64,000 nucleotides of DNA from a bacterium (GCA_965213685.1 CBDBZY010000044.1:1-64000), one strand, 5' to 3'. Shown: positions 30,500-40,493, numbered from the stretch's first letter. The notes: generated from the letters alone by a model not told the origin. Translations and numbers: made by a program.

Positions 30500-31384
30500 T
30501 TGATAGAATCGCTCCCCCCGCTGCTGCTGTCCTTTTTGTCCGGCGTCTTTTTGGCCGCCGCGCAGACGGTCTATCGCGGCGCCCTGCAGTGGATGGGCCC
30601 CAAGGCGCTCACCTTCGCGAGCAACCTGACGCTGGTGTCATACGCCTCGGCCATCTACCTCGCGGGGGCGGGTCTCGAAACGTGGCCCCTGGCGGGGGTC
30701 TGCTGGTTCGTGCTGGCGGGGCTTTGCTCCCACTTCCTGGCGCGGAACCTGAACTTCATATCGGCCACGCTCATCGGGATGGCGCGCTCCCAGATTCTGG
30801 CGCAATTCCACCCCATATGGGGCGCCCTTCTCGCCGTGGTCCTGCTCGGCGAGACGCTCACCTCCCCCGTCGCCCTGGGCACCTCCTCCATCGTCCTCGG
30901 CGCGATACTGCTGGTCCAGGAGAGAGGCGCGAGGGGCAGGCGCGCCCCGCTCCGGCATTACGCCCTGCCGATTCTGGCGGCGTTTTTCTTCTCCTTCGCC
31001 CCGCCCCTGCGCAAGCTCGCGTTTCAGACGATTCCCTCGCCCGCCTTCGGCATCGCCGCCACCGCGCTCACGGGCGCGCTCCTCCAGCTCGGCTCCGTCC
31101 CGCTGGTCAAGAACCATGAGCTCCACCCCGGGACCTGGAGCGCGAAGGGCGTGTGGGCGACTCTCATCGGCGGGGTTTTCAACATCGTGTCGGCGTACAG
31201 CTTCTGGCTCGCCATACAGAAGGGCCAGCTCGTGGAGGTGATTCCGATGAACAGGCTCTCCATTTTGTTCCTGATCCTCTTCTCCTGGGTCTTTTATCAA
31301 AAGATCGAGCGCGTCAACCTGCGCGTGCTCAGCGGGGGACTGCTCGCCGTGGCGGGCGCCGCGACGATCGTGTGGAGCGGATGA
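30500..31384 (+). CDS. EamA/DMT-family transporter
   Basis: Ten TM segments; PIWGALLAVVLLGE; first of a tandem triplet. Confidence 0.9.
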   Translation: MIESLPPLLLSFLSGVFLAAAQTVYRGALQWMGPKALTFASNLTLVSYASAIYLAGAGLETWPLAGVCWFVLAGLCSHFLARNLNFISATLIGMARSQILAQFHPIWGALLAVVLLGETLTSPVALGTSSIVLGAILLVQERGARGRRAPLRHYALPILAAFFFSFAPPLRKLAFQTIPSPAFGIAATALTGALLQLGSVPLVKNHELHPGTWSAKGVWATLIGGVFNIVSAYSFWLAIQKGQLVEVIPMNRLSILFLILFSWVFYQKIERVNLRVLSGGLLAVAGAATIVWSG

Positions 31385-32337
31385 GCGCTCCCCTGTCCCC
31401 CGCGCGCGCGGGGGGCGGCGCTTTACGTTTCTCGAGGAGGAGATGGACGCCGTTGCTGGAATCAGCCAACCCGTTTGTCCTGACGATGATATCCGCGGCC
31501 CTCCTCGCGGCCTCCCACGTCTTCTACCGCGACGCGCTCATCCGCCTCTCCCCCGAGACGACGACGATCCTCGCCAACGCCTCGGTCGGCGTCTTTGCGC
31601 TCGTCTTCTACGCCCTGGCGGGAGCCTCCGGTCCCGTCCGGCCGCAGGGTGCCCTCTACTACGCGCTCGCGGGCGTGTGCGCGAATTTCCTCACCCGCTA
31701 CATCAGCTACAACGCGGTCGTCCACATCGGCATGTCGCGCACGCAGGTGATGGGCCAGGTCCGCCCGATATTCTCCACGTTCATCGCCGTCATCGTCCTC
31801 GGGGAGCGGCCCACGGCGTTCGTCGTCATCGGCACGTGCGCCATCATCCATGGCGGCGTTCTGCTGGTGCGGGAGCGCGATTCGGAGGGCGGGCGCATCG
31901 CGCTGGCGTACTATCTCCTTCCCGTCCTGGGCGGCTTCACGTTCGCCCTGGCACCCACGCTCCGCAAACTCGCCTTCGCGCACCTGCCCGCCGTCTCCCT
32001 GGGCCTGGTCATCTCCTCCGTCGCGGGCGTCGCGGTGCAGCTGGCGGCTTCTCCTTTCCTGAGGCGAAAGAGCGTGGCGCCCTCCCAGTGGGACAGACGC
32101 TCGCTGATCGCCATCGCTTCGGGCGGTTTGGTGAACATGCTCGCCGCCGTCTGCTTCTGGGTCGCCCTCAAGCAGGATCAGGTGGCCCACGTGGTCCCGC
32201 TGCGGAGAACGTCCGTTTTGTTCGTGCTGCTGTTCTCCTGGATGTTTTACCGAAACCTCGAGCGCGTCACGCCCCGCGTCGTCGCGGGGGGCGTCCTCTC
32301 CGTCGCGGGCGCTTTTCTGATCGTCCTGGGCCATTGA
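31381..32337 (+). CDS. EamA/DMT-family transporter
   Basis: Ten TM segments; PIFSTFIAVIVLGE; visibly paralogous to the preceding gene; start uncertain. Confidence 0.88.
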   Translation: MSAPLSPARAGGGALRFSRRRWTPLLESANPFVLTMISAALLAASHVFYRDALIRLSPETTTILANASVGVFALVFYALAGASGPVRPQGALYYALAGVCANFLTRYISYNAVVHIGMSRTQVMGQVRPIFSTFIAVIVLGERPTAFVVIGTCAIIHGGVLLVRERDSEGGRIALAYYLLPVLGGFTFALAPTLRKLAFAHLPAVSLGLVISSVAGVAVQLAASPFLRRKSVAPSQWDRRSLIAIASGGLVNMLAAVCFWVALKQDQVAHVVPLRRTSVLFVLLFSWMFYRNLERVTPRVVAGGVLSVAGAFLIVLGH

Positions 32338-32338
32338 G

Positions 32339-33226
32339 GTGGGGAACTTCGTCGCCATCGCCGACGCGCCGCCGGAATTCCGGGCGCTGCTGGGCGCGTT
32401 CCTGTTCGCGTACAACCAAATCCTCATCCGCAGACTGCTCGAGCGCGCCTCGGCGCTGACGATCACCTTCTGGGTCAACGGGTGGATGGCGGTTGTGGCC
32501 GCCGTCTTCTCGCCGTTGTCGGACGCCTACGAGGGTGATTTGGCGTCCGCTCTCGTGCTGTACGCGCTCATCGGCGTGGTGGGCAATCTCGTGGCGCGCT
32601 ACAGCGCCCTGCGCTCCAGCGGGGACATCGGGGTGAGCAGGACGAACGCCATCGCGGCGGCGTCTCCCATCGGGGCGGCGGCGATGGGCGTGGCGCTTCT
32701 GGGCGAACGCCCGGGCGCGGGCGTCTGGGCGGGAATCGCGCTCATCGTCGCCGGTCTGGCGGGACTCACTGGCGAGCGGGGAGCCGGCGGACGCTCCCCC
32801 GGACGCTACACGTTCGCCTTCATCGGGCTGGCGGCGTTTTGCTTCACGCCGTATCTCCGCAAGGCCGGGCTGGCCGCCATGAACGCGCCCTGGCTGGGCA
32901 TTCTGGTGGCCGCGGCCATCGCCAACGTGGGCTTGCTGGCCTCCTCGCGCCTCGCCTCGGCGGCCCAGAAATTTCGATGGGACCCGCAACTGGCGCTCGC
33001 CTGCGCGCCGGCGGGCCTGCTGGCACTCTCGGCCGCCGCGCTGTTTTGGACCGCGCTGCGCGACGGGCAGCTCGCGGTGATCGCCCCGCTCGTCCGCATG
33101 ACCCCGATCTTCGTCATGCTGCTCTCGGCGGTGCTGCTGCGCGATCTGGAAGTGGTGACGAAGCGCCTGGCGGCGGCCACGCTCATCGTCGTGGCGGGGG
33201 CCGTCCTGGTGACCTCGGGCGGGTGA
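32339..33226 (+). CDS. EamA/DMT-family transporter
   Basis: Ten TM segments; PIGAAAMGVALLGE, APLVRMTPIFV. Confidence 0.9.
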   Translation: MGNFVAIADAPPEFRALLGAFLFAYNQILIRRLLERASALTITFWVNGWMAVVAAVFSPLSDAYEGDLASALVLYALIGVVGNLVARYSALRSSGDIGVSRTNAIAAASPIGAAAMGVALLGERPGAGVWAGIALIVAGLAGLTGERGAGGRSPGRYTFAFIGLAAFCFTPYLRKAGLAAMNAPWLGILVAAAIANVGLLASSRLASAAQKFRWDPQLALACAPAGLLALSAAALFWTALRDGQLAVIAPLVRMTPIFVMLLSAVLLRDLEVVTKRLAAATLIVVAGAVLVTSGG

Positions 33227-33235
33227 CGCTTCGGT

Positions 33236-33278
33236 TTGACCCGCCCCGCCCATTTCTGAGAGAATGGGCGCGTTTTCC
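33236..33278 (+). promoter_or_regulatory. Candidate AOR-operon promoter overlapped by an inverted repeat (operator or weak terminator)
   Basis: TTGACC-18 nt-GAGAAT; CGCCCATTTCT-GAG-AGAATGGGCG inverted repeat followed by CGTTTTCC. Confidence 0.4.
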
Positions 33279-33363
33279 TATCTTCCAACGATGCGCCTTC
33301 CGCGCCCGGGGCCCCGTGAGGGGGCGATGCGGGAGGCTCTTCACGGAGCATCATGGGGGTGCG

Positions 33364-33843
33364 ATGAAAATACTCCGGATCATTCCCGAGAAGTGCACTG
33401 GCTGCATGCGATGCGAACTCGCGTGCTCCTACGAGCAAACGGGGACGTTTCAGCCCTCGAAAGCGGTGATTCGCGTCTCCGCGTTCGAGGGCCACACGAG
33501 CTACGCACCCTACACCTGCCCGCAGTGCGACGAGGCCTGGTGCCTGACGGCGTGTCCGGTCGAGGCCATCGGCATCTCGCCGGCCGGGGCGAAGGAGGTG
33601 GCGGACGACATTTGCGTGGGCTGCAAGCTCTGCGCCATCGCGTGTCCCTACGGGACGATGTTCTATGACATCGACACCCACAAGGCGTTCAAGTGCGACC
33701 TGTGCGGGGGGAATCCCGCGTGCGCGGCGGTGTGCCCCACCGGCGCCATCCTCTACGAGGCGGCCGAGAAGACCGACTGGGTCGGTCCCTTTGCCGCGGA
33801 GCGGGCGAAATCGCCCGCCGGGCCGCTCGCGGAGGTGATCTAG
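33364..33843 (+). CDS. 4Fe-4S polyferredoxin subunit of aldehyde oxidoreductase (AorA-like)
   Basis: Four Cys clusters: CTGCMRCELAC, CPQCDEAWCLTACP, CVGCKLCAIACP, KCDLCGGNPACAAVCP. Confidence 0.93.
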   Translation: MKILRIIPEKCTGCMRCELACSYEQTGTFQPSKAVIRVSAFEGHTSYAPYTCPQCDEAWCLTACPVEAIGISPAGAKEVADDICVGCKLCAIACPYGTMFYDIDTHKAFKCDLCGGNPACAAVCPTGAILYEAAEKTDWVGPFAAERAKSPAGPLAEVI

Positions 33844-33845
33844 CC

Positions 33846-35168
33846 ATGGCCAGACACGTCATCGTGGGCGGCGGAACCGCCGGCTGGAACGCCATCGCCA
33901 CCCTCCGGGAGCTGGACGGGGGCGACTCCGAGATCGTCCTCGTCGCCGATGAAACGCCGTATTCGCGGATGGTGCTGCCCTACTATCTGGCGCGGGATAT
34001 CGCGGAGTCCCACGTCTACATCGCGACGCCGCGCAAGCTCGCCGCACTGAACGTGGAGGCCCGCCTCGGTGCGCGCGCCGTGGGCATCGACGCGGCCGCC
34101 AACAGGCTCATCCTGGAGGGCGGCGCGGAGGTGGAATACGACAACCTGCTGCTCGCCACGGGCTCCTCTCCGGTGAAGGCGCCCGTGCCGGGGGCGGACG
34201 GAGAGGGGGTGCACAGCTTCTGGACGCTGCCCCAGGCGCGCGCCGTGGCGGCCGGTGCGGGTGCGGGTGCCCGCGTGGCGATGATCGGGGCGGGATTCAT
34301 CGCGTTCACGATACTCAACGCCCTGGTGAGTCGGGGGGTGCGGCTCACCGTGGTGGAGCTCGAATCGCGCATCCTGCCCCGCATGATAGACGATGCGGGC
34401 GCGGCGATCGTTCAGGACTGGCTCGTCCGGCGCGGCGTGGAGGTGCGGACCTCGGCCGAGGTGGCCTCCATCGAGGACAGGGAGGGGGCCAAGCTGCTCC
34501 GCTTCCGGGACGGCCCGGACCTGGAGGCGGACATGGTCATCATGGCCACCGGCATCCGGCCCAACGTCGACTGGGCGGCGGGCGCGGGCCTTGCAACCAA
34601 CCAGGGCATCCTGGTGGACGCGCACTGCCGCACGAGCGTGGAGAACATCTACGCGGCGGGGGACATCGCGGAGGGCCCCGACGCGGTGACGGGGGAGCGG
34701 GCCGTTCACGCCATCGAGCCCACCGCCATGCAGCATGGCCGGGTGGCGGCGGCCAACATGGCGGGCCGGCAGACCGCATACAAGGGCAGCCTGCTCATGA
34801 ACATCGTGGACGTCCTCGACCTGGAGGTCGCCAGCTTCGGCCACTGGGACGACGCGGAGGCGGAGGTCTTCGAGGCTTCCCTGCCCGGGCGTCCCGCCTA
34901 CCGGAAACTGCTGTTTCGCGGCGGGAGGATGACCGGTGCCATCATCCTGGGAAAAACCCGGGAGATATGGACGACGAACGACGTCGGGATGCTCAAGGGA
35001 CTCGTCTATACGGGGGCGGACCTCTCCGCCTGGAAGGAGCGTTTGCGGAAAAACCCCTTCGACGTCAAGCCCGCGTTCCTGGCCTCCGGCGCCGCGGGGA
35101 GCTTGCTGCCCGAAACCGTTTTGGGGCGTCCGTCGGCACAGGCGGGTGAAATCGCCATCTCTTCATGA
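33846..35168 (+). CDS. FAD/NAD-dependent oxidoreductase subunit (AorC-like)
   Basis: GGGTAG, LATGS, GAGFIA, ATGIRPN, TSVENIYAAGD. Confidence 0.9.
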   Translation: MARHVIVGGGTAGWNAIATLRELDGGDSEIVLVADETPYSRMVLPYYLARDIAESHVYIATPRKLAALNVEARLGARAVGIDAAANRLILEGGAEVEYDNLLLATGSSPVKAPVPGADGEGVHSFWTLPQARAVAAGAGAGARVAMIGAGFIAFTILNALVSRGVRLTVVELESRILPRMIDDAGAAIVQDWLVRRGVEVRTSAEVASIEDREGAKLLRFRDGPDLEADMVIMATGIRPNVDWAAGAGLATNQGILVDAHCRTSVENIYAAGDIAEGPDAVTGERAVHAIEPTAMQHGRVAAANMAGRQTAYKGSLLMNIVDVLDLEVASFGHWDDAEAEVFEASLPGRPAYRKLLFRGGRMTGAIILGKTREIWTTNDVGMLKGLVYTGADLSAWKERLRKNPFDVKPAFLASGAAGSLLPETVLGRPSAQAGEIAISS

Positions 35169-37057
35169 ACAAGGGGGCCGATGCCTTGACCGATTATGCG
35201 TATGCGGGAGAAATCCTCCGGGTCGATCTCTCGAACGGAAAGACCTGGAGCCAGAGGTTCGAGGCGGCCGACCGCAGAAAGTGGGTGGGCGGCGCGGGCT
35301 TGGGCGCCAAGATTTTGTGGGATGAGGTGCCGCCCGAGGCGGGCTGGGATCATCCCGAGAATCGCCTCGTTCTGGCCACGGGCCCCCTGGCGGGCCTGCC
35401 GGTGTGGGGGACGGGCGGGCTGACCGTGGTGACGCGGGGCGCGCTCACGGGCGGTGCCACCAACACCCAGGCGAACGGCTTTTTTGGAGCGAACCTCAAG
35501 TATTGCGGCTATGACGCCATCGTGTTTCAGGGGCAATCGCCCGACTGGGTCTATCTCCACATTCACGATGGCGGGGCGGAGCTGCGCCCGGCCGGCGGGC
35601 TGCTGGGCAAGGACACCTGGGAGACGCAGCAGGCACTCGAGGAGACCTTGCGCCTGAGCGGCCACAACCTGAGCGTCTACAGCATCGGGCGCGCAGGGGA
35701 GAGCCTCGTGCGCTTCGCCGCCATACAGGGCGACTACGGCCACGTGGCGAGCAAGAACGGCTGCGGGGCCGTGATGGGGAAGAAGAGGGTGAAGGCGGTG
35801 GCGATCGAGCGCGGCCAGAAGGGGGTCTCGGCGGCGCACCCCCGGGCGCTTTTCGACGCGGCGGACGACATCGCCCACAGCCTCCGCAACGATCCCTCCA
35901 CCAGGGGGCTCTACCTGTACGGCACCCTGGGCGGCGTCAGAAACCTCCAGGGCATGGGCGCGCTCCCGATTCGCAACTACACGACGAACCTGTGGCCCGA
36001 GGGAGTCGAAACGAAGCAATGGGAGGCGAACGGCCTGCGCGAGGGCTTCGATCACCGCGGCCATCAGTGCAGCGCGTGCGGGATGCACCATTGCCACATG
36101 CAGGTCATCTCCTCCGGCCCCTACAAGGGACAGGTGGTGGATGAGCCGGAGTATGAGGGCTGGTCGGGTGCGGGCTGGACGATTGGCGCCACGGACCCCC
36201 AGCAGGTGAGCTGGATGAACACCCGGCTCGACCGCGCCTGCGTGGACGTGAACGAGTTCGGATGGCTTTGCGGCTGGGTGATGGAGTGCCAGCAAAAGGG
36301 CTACATCACGGAGGAGGACCTGGGCTTCCGCCTGGAGTGGGGCGACATCGACGGCGCCAACAGGCTGCTCGACATGATCAGCCGGCGCGAGGGGGTGGGC
36401 GATCTGCTGGCCGAGGGGGTCAAGCGCGCGGCGGAGAAGCTCGGCGGGGACGCGCAGGATTGCGCCATCTATACGGAGATCGGCAACTCCCCCAGGGGGC
36501 ACGACCACCGCTCCCGCTGGGAGGAGCTGATCGACACCTGCACGGGTTCGGGCGGCACGCTCGATACTGCCCCGCCGGTGTTCCCGACGGACTATGGCCT
36601 GCCGGCGCGGGTGGAGCCGCAGGACCCGGTGGCGGTGCCGAAGCACGTGGGCGGCCTCCGGGGGCGCCGCGCGTTCGAGGATTCCCTGGGGGCGTGCGTG
36701 TTCACCACGCGCGCGCCGATGGACGTCTTGTGCCGCTCGGTGCAGGCGGCCACCGGATGGGACCTGGACAAGGACGAGGCGATACAAACGGGCCGCCGCA
36801 TCAACGCCCTGATGCGCGCGTTCAACCTGCGCTGCGGCATCGGCCCCGAACGCGAGAAGCCCTCGAAGCGCTACGCCTCCACGCCGGTGGACGGGCCAAT
36901 CGCGGGCGTCTCGATCATGGACCACTGGGAGGGGATGCTCGCCCTTTGGTATGAGACGGTGGGCTACGACAGGGAGACGGGTCGCCCCACGCCCGCGCTG
37001 CTGCGCGAACTCGGCCTCGAGGACGTCGCCGAGACCCTCTGGGGTGCGGAGAGGTAG
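35165..37057 (+). CDS. Tungsten-type aldehyde:ferredoxin oxidoreductase family catalytic subunit
   Basis: YAGEILRVDLS, GAVMGKKRVKA, CSACGMHHC, EPEYE, LAEGVKRAA, SLGAC, RAFNLRCG, G.PT...LRELGL. Confidence 0.95.
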   Translation: MNKGADALTDYAYAGEILRVDLSNGKTWSQRFEAADRRKWVGGAGLGAKILWDEVPPEAGWDHPENRLVLATGPLAGLPVWGTGGLTVVTRGALTGGATNTQANGFFGANLKYCGYDAIVFQGQSPDWVYLHIHDGGAELRPAGGLLGKDTWETQQALEETLRLSGHNLSVYSIGRAGESLVRFAAIQGDYGHVASKNGCGAVMGKKRVKAVAIERGQKGVSAAHPRALFDAADDIAHSLRNDPSTRGLYLYGTLGGVRNLQGMGALPIRNYTTNLWPEGVETKQWEANGLREGFDHRGHQCSACGMHHCHMQVISSGPYKGQVVDEPEYEGWSGAGWTIGATDPQQVSWMNTRLDRACVDVNEFGWLCGWVMECQQKGYITEEDLGFRLEWGDIDGANRLLDMISRREGVGDLLAEGVKRAAEKLGGDAQDCAIYTEIGNSPRGHDHRSRWEELIDTCTGSGGTLDTAPPVFPTDYGLPARVEPQDPVAVPKHVGGLRGRRAFEDSLGACVFTTRAPMDVLCRSVQAATGWDLDKDEAIQTGRRINALMRAFNLRCGIGPEREKPSKRYASTPVDGPIAGVSIMDHWEGMLALWYETVGYDRETGRPTPALLRELGLEDVAETLWGAER

Positions 37058-37089
37058 CGCGCCTTCGACCAGGGGGAGAGGGGGCGCCC

Positions 37090-37419
37090 ATGAGCGGGCC
37101 GGCAAAAGGCGGCGAGGGCATTCGCGTCCGGCTGGAGTTCGTCTCTTGGGCGTCAACGTTCGTGGGCGGCGACGGGAACGAGCGGAAGGTGTTTCACGAG
37201 GAGGCTCCCCGGGGCGCCACTCTCCGCGACGTGCTCAAGCAGATGAGCCGGCGCCACCGGCCGCTAGACGAGGCGCTTTGGCACAAAGGCTCCGGCGAGC
37301 TGGCCGAGCACCTGGAGATCGCCGTGAACGACGCGCTCCTGGGCATCCGCCACACGCTGGATTCGGAGATGAAAGAAGGCGACCTCATCCTCCTGATGGG
37401 GCAATACATGGGCGGATGA
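37090..37419 (+). CDS. MoaD/ThiS-family sulfur carrier
   Basis: IAVND, EGD, C-terminal GG; follows the AOR gene. Confidence 0.88.
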   Translation: MSGPAKGGEGIRVRLEFVSWASTFVGGDGNERKVFHEEAPRGATLRDVLKQMSRRHRPLDEALWHKGSGELAEHLEIAVNDALLGIRHTLDSEMKEGDLILLMGQYMGG

Positions 37420-37453
37420 AGGGGGGAGGGAGAGGCGCTGCTGTTCGGGTTCC

Positions 37454-37579
37454 TTATCGAGTCCGCAACCCTTTCATGAGGTCTTCCAGGCCGTCTATCG
37501 GGCAGGCGAACACCGCATCGCCTGAGGCCAACCTCCTCAGCCCCTCCATGCGCGATACCCCGGTCTGCCCATCCCGACC
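37454..37579 (-). pseudogene. Possible C-terminal remnant of a restriction endonuclease
   Basis: Open frame GRDGQTGVSRMEGLRRLASGDAVFACPIDGLEDLMKGLRTR* directly after the MTase stop; identity is inference from position and protein-like composition. Confidence 0.3.
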
Positions 37580-37580
37580 G

Positions 37581-38510
37581 CTATAACGCATTGAGGAATC
37601 TCCTAGCCAGACCGAAGCTCATTCTTCTTCTGTACAAACCGTCGTCGCGCCTGCCCTTGAACGGGGTCAGGAAAACGTCGGCGGTGTGGCGGCGAAATGT
37701 TTTGATGCGCCGATTCAGTTTTTCCGCCAGCCGGGGCACGTTCCGGAAGTCGCCGCTGATGCGCGTGATGAACCTCGAGGACACCTTGATGGGATAATCC
37801 GCGATTTCCTTCGCACTGCAAAACCGGATGGAAGGCTCTTTCGTATTGTCGAACGAGATGAATCCCAACTCGCCCTCGGGGTCGTTGAACCTCAGGGCGT
37901 TGTCGCTTCTCGCGACGGGCAGACGTTTCTGCATGTCGTCCAGGGAACCCTTGTACTCGTTGTCATACCAGATGCCCACATCCTGGGTCTCTTGATCGTC
38001 GAACAGCGCCAGGCAGACGGGATTTTCCGTATCGCGGAACATTCCGTCGTGCAGCAGCACGTAACTCCGCAGCCGGGAGCGGAACAGCCTGGCGTGCAGA
38101 AAACTCGCCGGAATCAGGATGGCGACGTGCGCGCAATGCTTCAGGCATAACCCCAGGCAGTGCTTGTAGAGGTCGTCGTATTCCGAATCCGGGAATTCCA
38201 GTCCCCTGCGCGTGGCGGAATTGCGCGCGAGCCAGGGCGGATTCGTGACGCATACGTCGTATCCTTCCGGGAAGTCCGCGATGGTGTCTCGTCTTTGGAC
38301 GGCACGGCCCGCCGGTGCCAGATCATACGATGCGAACGCGCCGCACGCGCCCGCCTCCCGCAGCACCCGGATGATGTGGTTCGCTCCGGCGAACGGCTCC
38401 AGTATGCGGGCGCGGGGCAGACCGGCCTTTTGCGCCCACCACCGGAACGGCTCCAGATGGAAGGGGTTGCCCCTGGTGTAGAATTGCCCTTGCGCGCGCT
38501 TGCTGCTCAT
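37581..38510 (-). CDS. N6-adenine DNA methyltransferase (gamma-type motif order)
   Basis: GQFYT (motif X), ILEPFAG (motif I), TNPPW (motif IV), DLYK; visibly lower GC than flanks. Confidence 0.8.
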   Translation of the reverse strand: MSSKRAQGQFYTRGNPFHLEPFRWWAQKAGLPRARILEPFAGANHIIRVLREAGACGAFASYDLAPAGRAVQRRDTIADFPEGYDVCVTNPPWLARNSATRRGLEFPDSEYDDLYKHCLGLCLKHCAHVAILIPASFLHARLFRSRLRSYVLLHDGMFRDTENPVCLALFDDQETQDVGIWYDNEYKGSLDDMQKRLPVARSDNALRFNDPEGELGFISFDNTKEPSIRFCSAKEIADYPIKVSSRFITRISGDFRNVPRLAEKLNRRIKTFRRHTADVFLTPFKGRRDDGLYRRRMSFGLARRFLNAL

Positions 38511-38650
38511 GGGCGATTCCAGTGTGGCGGAGAGATGAGGGCGTTTTCGTTGATGAGGTTATCACATCGTCCCGCAACCTCTCCACGAAAAATCAGCGCA
38601 TCTGGCGGATTCCCGCCCCTCCTCCTCCCCCTGATGCGGAGGCGTTGCGC

Positions 38651-39118
38651 TCAGAGGGGATGGTTCGGGTCGAGGACGCCCAGAAACTCGACGCAGCGCG
38701 CAGCCTCGGCGGATTCCCCGATGGCGTCGGCACACTGCGCCAGGCCTCGGATCGCGCGCAGGAACGGGCGGTTGGCGGGCGTTTCCCAAAGGATGCGCCC
38801 ATCGCCGCGCCAGCCCGAGGCGCGTGCCTTGTCCAGCCCCCGGTGGTAGGCGACCCGGAAAAAGGCGTATGCGCTGAGGGCCTCTCCGCCCGCCCGCGCG
38901 ATTCGGCCCATCGCCACCCAGCCGGAGAGGGCGTCGGGATGTCGGGCCACCAGGCACCGCAGCTCCCGCATGGCCGCTCCGCCATCCTCCTCCTCCGCCG
39001 ACAGGATTTTCTCGCAGAGCGGCTCCACAGCTTCGAGTTCTTCCGGCTCGGGCGGAAGCGACGCACCGGGAATCCCCCCGGAGGCGATCTCGAACAAATC
39101 GTCCGCTTCGTTTGGCAT
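38651..39118 (-). CDS. DUF3151-family protein
   Basis: AYAFFRVAYHRGLDKARASGWRG.G...W....NRPFLR...IGE..EA.RC matches my recollection of DUF3151. Confidence 0.8.
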   Translation of the reverse strand: MPNEADDLFEIASGGIPGASLPPEPEELEAVEPLCEKILSAEEEDGGAAMRELRCLVARHPDALSGWVAMGRIARAGGEALSAYAFFRVAYHRGLDKARASGWRGDGRILWETPANRPFLRAIRGLAQCADAIGESAEAARCVEFLGVLDPNHPL

Positions 39119-39236
39119 GGCGAATCCCTTTTTGAAGGAGGCTTCCGCATGTCATTATACGCCGGGCCATGCTACACTGCCCGCGGTTTTGGGTGAACGG
39201 CGCGCCTGCGCATAATCTGCTGGAGGTCCGGCCCCC

Positions 39237-40493
39237 ATGTCATCCGCACTCGCGATGCGCGACCCGGAAGTTTTCGCCGCCATGGAGGAGGAGAGAAAAC
39301 GCCAGGCGGACGAGCTGGAGCTCATCGCTTCGGAGAACTACGTGAGCGAGGCGGTGATGGAGGCGACGGGCGGCGTGATGACGAACAAATACGCCGAAGG
39401 ATTCCCGGGCAGGAGGTATTACGGCGGCTGTCAGTTCGTGGACGTGGCCGAATCCCTCGCCATCGAGCGGGCGAAGTCCCTTTTCGGCGTGGATCACGCC
39501 TCCGTGCAGCCGCACAGCGGCGCCCAGGCGAACGCGGCGGTGTATTACGGCTTGCTGGAGCCGGGCGACACGCTTCTGGGCATGAACCTCTCGCACGGGG
39601 GCCACCTCACCCACGGGCATCCCGTCACCTTCTCGGGCCGCTGGTTCGAGGTGGTGGCCTACGGCGTGGACGCCGAGAACCACGTCATCGACTTCGACGA
39701 GGTGGAGAGCCAGGCCCGGGCGCATCGGCCCAAGGTCATCGTCGTGGGGGCGAGCGCGTATCCGCGCCGGATCGATTACGCGCGCTTCCGGGAGATCGCC
39801 GACGAGGTGGGCGCCGTGGTGATGGCGGACATCGCCCACGTCGCGGGACTCATCGCGGGCGGGGCGCACCCCAGCCCGGCGGGCCACGCGCAGATCATCA
39901 CCACCACGACGCACAAGACGCTCCGGGGCCCGCGCGGCGGCATGATCCTTTGCGACGCGGACTACGCGGCGGCGATGGACAAGGCGGTTTTCCCGGGCCT
40001 CCAGGGCGGCCCCCTGATGCACGTCGTCGCGGCCAAGGCGGTGGCGCTCCGGGAGGCGGCCAGCCCGGAGTTCCGGAGCTACGCGGAGCAGATCGTGAAA
40101 AACGCCAAGGCACTCGCCGGCGCGCTCCGGCGGCGCGGAATTCATCTTGTATCCGGCGGGACGGACAACCATTTGATTCTGCTCGACCTGCGCGAGGCCG
40201 GCTTCAGCGGCAAGAAGGCGGAGGCCGCCCTGGGCCGGGCGGGAATCACGGTGAACAAAAACGCCATCCCCTTCGACACCAGGAAACCGGCGTTCACGAG
40301 CGGGATTCGCATCGGAACGCCCGCGCTGACGTCGCGCCACATGAAAGAAGCCGAGATGGAGGCGGTGGGCGGCTGGATGGCCGACGTGCTGGCCGACATC
40401 ACGGATGAGGGGCGCATCGCCTCGGTGCGAGAGGACGTCCGCGCGCTGTGCGCGAAATTCCCGTTGGGAGCGGACGGGGCGCGGCCGGAATAG
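39237..40493 (+). CDS. glyA: Serine hydroxymethyltransferase
   Basis: [49 protein letters not shown]. Confidence 0.98.
   Translation: MSSALAMRDPEVFAAMEEERKRQADELELIASENYVSEAVMEATGGVMTNKYAEGFPGRRYYGGCQFVDVAESLAIERAKSLFGVDHASVQPHSGAQANAAVYYGLLEPGDTLLGMNLSHGGHLTHGHPVTFSGRWFEVVAYGVDAENHVIDFDEVESQARAHRPKVIVVGASAYPRRIDYARFREIADEVGAVVMADIAHVAGLIAGGAHPSPAGHAQIITTTTHKTLRGPRGGMILCDADYAAAMDKAVFPGLQGGPLMHVVAAKAVALREAASPEFRSYAEQIVKNAKALAGALRRRGIHLVSGGTDNHLILLDLREAGFSGKKAEAALGRAGITVNKNAIPFDTRKPAFTSGIRIGTPALTSRHMKEAEMEAVGGWMADVLADITDEGRIASVREDVRALCAKFPLGADGARPE

Noticed and set aside
39119-39236. ZTP, THF or glycine riboswitch upstream of glyA
   Set aside because: The gap is short, filled by divergent promoter-like elements, and shows none of the consensus features I know.
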